From: Salisapilia sapeloensis CBS 127946
Lineage: Eukaryota > Protista > Oomycota
Reading direction: 5' to 3'
Assembly: GCA_023334545.1 (NCBI GenBank)
Contig: JAADVB010000171.1
Location: forward strand, 1-41,552
DNA: 41,552 nt
A program made the translations under genes and the position numbers. The notes below the pieces were generated by a model. It was not told the DNA's origin, did no database searches, and saw nothing but the letters and a program-made list of their open reading frames with translations. This document shows positions 33,322-41,552 of the stretch, in pieces. Positions within the stretch are counted from its first letter, which is position 1, and the number at the start of each line of letters is the position of its first letter.

Positions 33322-35799
33322 ATGGCGACCCCAGCTGCCTCCACGGACGCTCACAACAAGTACTACAACCCAGTTGTCATGTCCTTCATTCGGGATGACT
33401 GGATCCAGCAGCAATTGCGGCGGAGACAGGCAGAGTACACGGCGTCGGAAGCTGCGAAAGTGGTCGTCGGAACTTGGAATGTGAATGGAAAGAAGCCGCA
33501 GTCAAGTGCAACTGCCGTGCCACAGCTCCAGCAGTGGCTACACCTGCAGTCAGGTCGCACCGCTCCAGACCTCGTCGCAGTTGGGTTCCAAGAGATGGTG
33601 GACCTGAACGCCGTCAACGTCGTCGTGAATAACAACGTCTCTTCTACTCGTTCATCTCTTTGGGTCGACGCCTTGCTGTCTGCTTTATCCGAAACGTATA
33701 GAGATTTAAAGTATCGTATCGTTATGTATCAATACCTCGTCGGTCTCCTCGTCGTCGTCGTCGTGAGATCCGATCACGTCGATGCGAAAGGCGTTCGGGA
33801 CATTGCTGGAGACACTGCTGGTGTAGGTATCATGGGCGTCATGGGGAATAAAGGAGGTGTAGCAGTTCGCCTCTCCTTTTACGACACAACGTTCTGCTTC
33901 GTCTGTGGCCACCTCGCTGCCCACCGACACAATATCGAAGGACGAAACTCGGATTACGCGAACATCCTATCGAAACTCGACCTCGGTGTCAATCAGACAG
34001 GACACTTTTCTTCCTCCATTCCCATACTCCAGCATGACGTCGTTTTCTTTTTTGGAGACTTGAACTACAGGATCGAAGATGACATTTCGGACGATGCAAT
34101 CTTCGAATTAGCCATCAAAGGAGACTTGACGCACTTGCTAAAGCGTGATCAACTACGCATTGAAAAGCAGAACAATCGAGTACTTCAGGGATTCCAGGAA
34201 GGAGACATTACGTTCCCTCCAACGTACAAGTATCAAGCAGGTACAAACGTCTATGACCGTCGCCCAGATAAAAAGGTTCGGACACCTGCTTGGTGCGATC
34301 GTGTTTTGTGGAAATGCAAGAACAGTCAGCACGTCTCTTTACTCCAATACGAATCCGTTCAAGCGCTTACCATGTCGGATCATAAGCCTGTCGTCGCAGT
34401 CTTGGAAACTCAAGTGCAGCGTCAGATTGAGGATAAAAAGGTAGAAGTGATTCGTGATATTTTAACGCAGCTCGACAAGTGGGAGAATGAACACATGCCT
34501 CGTATACGTCTTTTAAAAGCCAATGGAGAAGACTTGGATGAAGATGTGCTTGTGTTTAAAAACGTACGCTTTGCCACGGAACAGACCAAAGTCCTGACGA
34601 TATGCAATAGCGGTCAAGTCGTCGCACACTTTCGCTTCGTACCAAAGCTAGAGGACAAAGTCATTGCCAAACGATGGCTACAAGTGTCTCCTACCTTCGG
34701 CATGATACCACCAGGCGAGCGACAGCAAGTCTTGCTAACCATCCAGGTCGATCAACGTACGGCTCAAGCGTTGACGGCTGGAGAAGAGTCTCTCGACGAT
34801 ACTCTCATCCTCCGTGTCGAAAACGGACGAGACTACTTCCTCGTCCTCTCTGGTCAGTACGAGAACTCGTGCTTTGGCAATTCGCTGGAGCAACTGGTCA
34901 TATCCTCTCGACCAGCGAGAGACACGCCGTTACCAGTAGCTCTGGCCCATCAGGAGCAACTGCCGAACCAATCTCACTTGCCTTCCTCTCCTGTCGCATC
35001 TCCTCTTAATGTCATGACGACCACTACATCACCAGGGTCTCCTCCGTTGAGTCCAGAAGCGAGGCACAGTCTATCATCAAGTCGAGAAGCCTCATGGCAG
35101 CATCAAGCACAGAAACCGGAGAACGCTGGACGAGTACCAAAGGAGTTGTGGCGACTCATCGATGACTTGTATCGACACTCGTTAGATGATAAACACTTGT
35201 TCGTTGAAACTGGGAGTAAGCATGAGATCACTGGGTTGAGAGAGGCGTTGGACTCTGGACGACCGTTTCCGGAACACTCGGGATACGCTGCAGCCGAGTG
35301 TCTATTGCGATGGCTACGAAGCTTACGCAACAGCGTCGTACCGGAGACGGCGCTGGAGTTTGTCCATACGCCATCGCAGCACGAAGCGAGCATGGAGGAA
35401 GCTGCCACGCAACTGATGGATGCTCTATCACCTATACGCTATAATGTTTTGCTCTACCTCGTGAGCTTTTTGAAGGAAGTGTTGGAGCATCGAGAAGAGA
35501 ATCGATTGACACCAGAGAAACTCGCCTTCATCTTCAGTCGTTGCCTAGTATCGCATCCGTTCATCGGGACCGAGTTGGAAAGCGGCGGACGATCTTCCAT
35601 CGTAGCAGACTCGTCCATGTCTTTCGTTTCCTCCGGTGCGACGGCAAATTCGAGTAGCTCCGATGAAGGTCTACCTGTTGAAGCTCGCATTCGACAGACT
35701 GCTCGAGAAGAGGAACGAGAGCAGGTTGTGAGCAACCGCCGAGCAGAGAAGATGGAGCGCATTCTTTTGCATTTACTCACGCATTCCATTCGCAGATAA
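33322..35799 (+). CDS. OCRL: OCRL/INPP5B-like inositol polyphosphate 5-phosphatase (5-phosphatase + ASH + RhoGAP-like)
   Basis: VGTWNVN, GFQEM, GNKGGV, HLAAH, FGDLNYRI, PTYKY, PAWCDRVLW and SDHKPV. ASH region (NSGQVVAHFRF, LDDTLILRVENGRDYF) and RhoGAP-like region (VPKELWRL, NRLTPEKLAFIF). Confidence 0.92.
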   Translation: MATPAASTDAHNKYYNPVVMSFIRDDWIQQQLRRRQAEYTASEAAKVVVGTWNVNGKKPQSSATAVPQLQQWLHLQSGRTAPDLVAVGFQEMVDLNAVNVVVNNNVSSTRSSLWVDALLSALSETYRDLKYRIVMYQYLVGLLVVVVVRSDHVDAKGVRDIAGDTAGVGIMGVMGNKGGVAVRLSFYDTTFCFVCGHLAAHRHNIEGRNSDYANILSKLDLGVNQTGHFSSSIPILQHDVVFFFGDLNYRIEDDISDDAIFELAIKGDLTHLLKRDQLRIEKQNNRVLQGFQEGDITFPPTYKYQAGTNVYDRRPDKKVRTPAWCDRVLWKCKNSQHVSLLQYESVQALTMSDHKPVVAVLETQVQRQIEDKKVEVIRDILTQLDKWENEHMPRIRLLKANGEDLDEDVLVFKNVRFATEQTKVLTICNSGQVVAHFRFVPKLEDKVIAKRWLQVSPTFGMIPPGERQQVLLTIQVDQRTAQALTAGEESLDDTLILRVENGRDYFLVLSGQYENSCFGNSLEQLVISSRPARDTPLPVALAHQEQLPNQSHLPSSPVASPLNVMTTTTSPGSPPLSPEARHSLSSSREASWQHQAQKPENAGRVPKELWRLIDDLYRHSLDDKHLFVETGSKHEITGLREALDSGRPFPEHSGYAAAECLLRWLRSLRNSVVPETALEFVHTPSQHEASMEEAATQLMDALSPIRYNVLLYLVSFLKEVLEHREENRLTPEKLAFIFSRCLVSHPFIGTELESGGRSSIVADSSMSFVSSGATANSSSSDEGLPVEARIRQTAREEEREQVVSNRRAEKMERILLHLLTHSIRR

Positions 35800-35863
35800 G
35801 TATGTCGTTGGAATAGAAATATTTCGTGCATGTCGTTGAGAAAAGCGAGTACATTGAAATGGA

Positions 35864-38220
35864 TTAAACGACACTGATCGTAAACAGCGTGATGGCATCG
35901 CCGTCAAAGAGCGGCAGGAGTTGATTTCGGAGGAAGATGACGCCCCATGTAAAGGTCGTGAACCACAGATGCGTAAAGCGATTGATCTGGTACTTTCGAA
36001 TGACGATCGGATGAGGCACGGGAAGCAGACCGACCATCGTTGTGGAACGTAAAAAGTAGAGCATCTGGTCTTCATCCAAGCTTCCACCAGCTTTCTCTAT
36101 TGCTTCCTCCACCTGCATTTCCATTAGACATGCTTCTTATTGTTTTATACGTGGAATAGTACCTGTGGCACGAGGAACTGGAGTAGGCGCAGACTGGTTG
36201 TCAGTGGCAGCTTCTGTTTCCATGACGCGAGCCATTCGGCCGTCGGGACGAACTCTCCGTCCGCGTTTCTAGGCGTTGCAACGGATGTCGAAGATGTGGA
36301 GCGTTGAGGCACTGCCTGAGACTGCTCAACACTCGGTGGTTTCTCTTCCTCTTCGATATTCGTGGCAGGCGGCACCGTCTCGTTGGAAGTGGAGACACCT
36401 CGCATCGCAGGTAACTGAAGGTCGTTCAGTTTGTAGAAGACGTCCTTGTTCTGGATTAAAGCATACACAAGTTGTTGGTTGCCTTCGTACTGGTACTGGA
36501 TGATGTTGTCAAAGGTTTCCAGGAGGAAGAAGACGAGATGGTGGTTCGCTTCATTGTCAAAGAGGTATCGAGGCTGGGCGAACAGCTTGAATAGACGCAA
36601 GAGACGTACACTCGAGATCATGTGGAGCTTCTTGCAGTACGGAGAGATGTTGCAGATGATCGTCAGGAAGCAATTGTACACCGAATTAAGCTTTTCATAT
36701 CCGCTCACGATGATCTTGTGTAGACAGACAATGAGAAGGTCAGCGTGGTTACCAGAGAACGGAGGAAGGTCTAGTGGCAATCGCATGTCGAATGGACGGT
36801 TTAGACTGACACCAAAGTCACGTTCGCCACTCAAGAGAAGGAGGATGAAGGTACAGATGTGGATCATCCCGACCTTGGATGGTTCCTGTCGACCTTCGTA
36901 CATGAGAAATAGTAGCGGGACGACGATTTTATTCACATCTGCCTCTTGTAGGACATAGTCCAAGAACTTTTTGTTCTCATCGAGTAGCTTCCAGAGCAAG
37001 ACAAGCAACTCTTGATGACACTTGATCTGTTTAATCGAGTTGGGTAAGATCGTACTCATGGACTGATGATAGTTATTCAGGAGTCGCGCGAGACCTGTCA
37101 AGATCAAAAGGAAATCTTCCTTGCGATGCAAAGTCGATAGCATGTGTCGAAAGATGTTGACACCGTCTTCCTCCTTGGACTGCGTTGACCGTTCCTCCTC
37201 CTTTTGACCAGTCGATCGGCTTGGTTGGACGGTCGTCTGGGTCAATAAGGCAGTAGAAGATGTCGGACTAAAGTCTAGGAGGACTAAGAGAACTTGTAGC
37301 GAGACATCGACGAGAGCTTCTCGATCATCAGTCACAATGGAACCTGCGTATGGAACACCCCAGCCCACTGGATCGTACGTCACAGCGACATTCAGTAGAG
37401 AAAAGAAAAGCGTTGGGGTGAATGGACACTCAGGAGCTGTTGCCACCTCTAGAAACTTGTCATGCCACAAGTTACAAGACTCTGGCGACTGGTACAGAAT
37501 CCCCGAGAAACAAGTTAGGAGGAGTTTTAGCACTTCACAACGATTTCGATCGTAAGCTGCTGCAGTAACAACGTTAGCATCCGGATATCCGACACCAGCA
37601 CTCCATAGCAACGAAGGGTAGACGAGCTTTTCAGGAGATTGAGACAGATCAGTCGAAGTGGATTGGGTAGAGCTACGACGCTCTTCTGTGTACCCCTTAT
37701 AGGCCTGGATGGAGATTGTGAATTCGGGAAGAAAGAGGAGACCCATGATAGCATGGATGAGCTGCTTCGCTAAAGGTTCTTCTAGCACATTCTTGGACGG
37801 AGGCTCCTCATCGTCGCCACGAAGATGATCTACTTCGTCATCTTTCTCGATATCGACATTCGGTACCGTCCAAAAGACTTCATGGACAAAGTCATCACTT
37901 GTGTCTTCCAATATAAAAGGAACGAGTCGAGTTAAGACTCGGACGCAGTTGATGGCTTGGGAATAGTACTTGGGTACAGGAGTATCCACGATGTGAAGGA
38001 GTTGGGCGACTGCCTGACGTATCATCGTTGCCAGATTGTTCGGTTGCTGCCGACGGAGCATACGAACGTCATCCGGTTGGATGAGCGTAAAGATTTCCTC
38101 CGCGACCGTCGGGATGCGCCAGAGCTTATCCCAGAACTCGAGTTGCTTCGCAGACACCTCTTCATTATTCAGCTTGTAGACACTCTCACGAAACTTGCTT
38201 TTACTGTCACTGTTGCCCAT
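35864..38220 (-). CDS. HID1: HID1 (high-temperature-induced dauer formation 1 / Ecm30-like) Golgi trafficking protein; join(36163..38220, 35864..36112), 768 aa
   Basis: MGNSDSK start (myristoylation-type Gly2), IFTLIQPDDVR, NCVRVLTRLVP, LLLSGERDFGVSLN, FDNIIQYQYEGN, WLASWKQKLPL. A 50-nt intron (36113-36162) joins VPQ|VEE to GLLPVPHPIVIRKY. Confidence 0.92.
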
Positions 38221-38345
38221 CTTTCTTGGCTGCAATGTAGCTTTCTCGTCGTCTCAAGTGGGATCAGTACCTCGGTATAGCACGCAATCGCTTCTTCTCT
38301 AGCTACTCGGAGGTTACGTGTCGGCTAAGCTGCCGCGCTCGTACC

Positions 38346-38359
38346 TCATTGGCTGAAAT
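38346..38359 (+). promoter_or_regulatory. CCAAT box variant in the HID1/WDR36 bidirectional promoter
   Basis: TCATTGGCTGAAAT, a 12/14 match to the WDR12/DBP5 motif. Confidence 0.45.
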
Positions 38360-38531
38360 GCGAATATATCGTCTTTTTTAGTGGATGTTTTAGTGAATAA
38401 TGTAAAACACATAATTCTAAAGGAAATACAAAAAGCAAGTGTAAAATGTAGCCATGTGCATGATCATCGCCTCCATTCGTTCCATCGAGCCACTGACATC
38501 GTGCGGCACTACTTGGTGGATTCACGTGAAG

Positions 38532-41500
38532 ATGACTGAAGTACTTCGCCAACAGAATAGTAGGATACTACAGAGCTTCCGGGCCATTGGTCTCGTCGCA
38601 ACAGACACGCCAATTGTCACGTATACGCTCAATCGTGTTGCGTTCGTGACGGCGTCGCTTGGCAAGAGCTTTGTCGTGTACAATTGCGATAAGCTAACAC
38701 CAGTGCTTGTCTCGCCTCAAGTCACTCGTAAAATTCGAGCAATTGCAGTCGTGCCTCAAAAGCATTTGACCTTCACAGGATGCGGTCGATCCATCCTCGC
38801 TTGGAACCGAATCGATCAGACGCACACTTTATCAGGTCACAAGGGCAAAATCAAGCAGGTACAAACCTTCTACTGTCCTTTGGTATACACCATATTATTC
38901 ATACTAATCGCGTGTCTTCTTTTGTAGTTATTGACCGTTGGTATGGTACTCTTCTCACTCGATGACGCTCGCTGCCTTCGTCTATGGGACCTCGAGTACG
39001 TCTTCATACCTCCAAATGTCTTTATTACTACTTACTAACCACACTGCACTGCACAGGTCCATGGAACTGATCAATGAAATCAACTTCCCGGCTTCCTTTA
39101 CACCGACGATCATGATGCATCCATCCACCTACCTAAACAAACTCCTCATCGGGTCGGAAGAAGGTGGTCTAGAGCTCTGGAACGTGCGTAGTCAAAAGCA
39201 GATCTATCGTTTCGACGGATGGAAGTCGGCAGTCACAGCCATTGAGCAGAGTCCAGCCGTCGACGTCGTCGGCATCGGTCTACGAGACGGACGCATCATC
39301 CTCCACCACCTCCAATACGACAAAGAAGTCATGACCTTTCACCAGTCCCAAAGCGCTGTCACATCCCTGTCCTTCCGTACGGACACTGGTGGTGGCAATG
39401 CGGGTGGCAGTGCCCCCATCCCACTTGTCGTCTCAGGCACATCCACAGGTGACATTGCTGTCTGGAACCTCCAACAGAAGCGTCTTGACTCGATGATCCC
39501 CAGTGCTCACGACGGATCGGTCGTCTCTCTCTCCTTTCTACCGAACGAACCATTGCTCGTGTCCACAGGTGTAGACAATTCGATTAAAATGTGGATCTTT
39601 GACCACGTTACGCAGGAAGGCACGGCTCGATTGCTCAAGTCGAGAGAAGGCCATCATGCGCCACCGACCAAGATCCGATACTATGGCAACAATACCTTGG
39701 CGACCATGGCGGATGGCGCAGACGGAACGTCCTGTCAGCTGCTATCGGCAGGTCAAGACCGTGCCTTCCGTGTCTTCCACACTGCTCGCGAACAGCAGAG
39801 CACGGAACTGTCGCAAGGGCCGATCCTAAAGCAAGCCAAGAAGCTGCATGTCCGTGTCGACGACCTCAAGCTTCCGCCTATCTCCCAATTCGCAGCGATG
39901 GAGACGAGAGAACGGGACTGGGCGAACGTTGTGACATGTCACGAGAACGAGATCGGTGCCTACGTCTGGCGCTTTGAAAGACGAGCGATTGGAAAGCATG
40001 TCCTGCGACAATTTGACGTCCATGACCATGTCGCGCTCGGCAGCGAAGAGGACCGTCGACGTCGGAGCACACAGGCATCATCCGTAGCCATGAGTTCCTG
40101 CGGTAACTACGCGATTGTCGGCAGTGTCGGTGGCGCCGTGTTTAAGTACAATATGCAGTCTGGAGAACGAAGAGGGTCGTATCCGATGTCCGCGACACCT
40201 CGTCCACAGCTCGTGCGTTCGCTCACACTGCCCGGGTCGTCCATCGCTAAAGAAGCACAGGCAAAGGATGAAGCTATTAAACGCACGTCTGTGCATGCGC
40301 ATGAAGGCACCGTAACGGCCGTTGCGGTTGATGCTTTGAACAAAACGCTCGTCTCCGGAGGAATTGACGGAAAGCTCAAATTCTGGAACTTTACGTCGCA
40401 TGAGTACTCGGGAGAGATCGACCTCGAGTCTCCTGTGAGCCACATGGAGCTGCATCGCGACAGTAACTTGCTCGCCATCGCATGTGACGACCAGGTCCTT
40501 CGTGTATACGACATCAATACTCGCAAGCTGGCGAGACGTTTCCGAGGTCACGCACACCGTATCACCGATGTGACGTTCAGCCAGGACGCTCGATGGCTCT
40601 TCTCCAGTGCTGCAGACGCGTCGCTACGTGTATGGGACTTGCCAAGCGGCAAGTGCGTCGACTGGCTGCGCTTCCAGAAGCCTGTGACAGGCCTCGCCGT
40701 CTCTCCGACAGGAGAGTTCCTAGCGACCACGCACGTCGGTCATGTCGGTGTCTTCCTCTGGGCAAACAAGAGCGTCTTCACCGACGTCTTTTTGGATTCT
40801 GAACCTAAGGAACCACTCGACATGGATCTGCCTGTCGCGTTGAATGAAGTCGATAACGAAGACCAGCTACAATCCGCTGGCTCTGAAGGCAATCCGCATT
40901 TGTCCACGACGACAATCGACGACAGCAACGGCGTCGCGGAGAAGCCAGAGGAGACTGATGACGAATATGGAGAAGTGGAGCCTCTGGACAACTCGCTCAT
41001 TACGCTATCCAAGGCTCCTCGCGCCTTCTGGCAGTCTCTCTTCAACCTGGAGCTGATCAAGCAACGGAACAAACCGATTGAGCCGCCTAAGGCACCGGAG
41101 AAAGCGCCCTTCTTCCTTCCGACGACAAGGAAGGATGGCGTGAACCCGACGTTTGTCCCGGTGGAGCAATCTGGTGCAACGACCGAGGAAGAGGTTGCTG
41201 AACCGACTGAAGGCTGGGGCGTCGGAGATGACGATGATACGTGGGGTGACGACGCTGCGATGGAGGACGCTGAAGAGGAGCCGTCCTCTGGCTCTCGCAT
41301 CTCCAAATCGACCGGATTGATCACCACTCGCTGCAAATTGGCAGCGCTGCTCTCGGAAGCCAGCGACAAGCCTCGAAACGTACCGCAGGGTGACTTGAAA
41401 CTGCATAGAACGCGCTACCATGATGCTGCGACTTACTTGCAGTCGCTGCCTGCTTCGGCGGTGGACGTGGAGCTGAGTACGCTATGCATGGGTGACTTTG

Positions 41501-41552
41501 ATGAAGAAGGTAAAGAGCTACTTGGCCACTTCCTAGACTGCTTGAAGGATGA
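38532..41552 (+). CDS. WDR36: U3 snoRNP/SSU processome protein WDR36/UTP21, 3'-truncated; join(38532..38858, 38928..38995, 39057..>41552)
   Basis: SRILQSFRAIGLV, two GT-AG introns (69 and 61 nt), HPSTYLNKLL signature, SPAVDVVGIG, REGHHAPP, and Utp21 C-terminal NLELIKQRNKPIEPPKAPEKAPFFLPT. Confidence 0.93.

Noticed and set aside
40740-41369. 209-aa Ser-rich minus-strand ORF
   Set aside because: Antisense shadow of the acidic WDR36 C-terminal region.
1-41552. tRNA, rRNA or CRISPR loci
   Set aside because: GTTCG-like sites inspected did not sit in cloverleaf folds, and no rRNA-like or regularly spaced repeat arrays were seen by eye. tRNAscan-SE or Infernal would be needed to exclude small ncRNAs.

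Overview
Eukaryotic nuclear DNA, almost certainly from an oomycete. Evidence: short GT-AG introns of 50-94 nt, Inr/FPR and CCAAT-type core promoter motifs, and oomycete-type START/FYVE and multi-transmembrane gene families. The species cannot be determined from sequence alone. The left half (1-22.4 kb) is gene-sparse. It holds two START-like genes (one runs off the left edge and is missing from the ORF track), a sugar-acid dehydrogenase/uronate isomerase fusion, a secreted CAP protein, a clan GH-A glycoside hydrolase, a SpoU methyltransferase and several decayed gene relics. The right half (22.7-41.5 kb) is a tightly packed housekeeping block: a small C3H-motif protein, WDR12/YTM1, DBP5/DDX19, a PDZ/Ig-PH/coiled-coil protein, a membrane-anchored papain-family protease, a PX-BAR sorting nexin, an OCRL-like 5-phosphatase, HID1 and WDR36/UTP21 (truncated by the right edge). 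The strongest candidate for a little-described system is the intron-containing fusion of a UxaB-like reductase with a Bh0493-type uronate isomerase. It implies a bacterial-style hexuronate isomerase pathway in a eukaryote. All family assignments come from motif recognition by eye; no database search was run.
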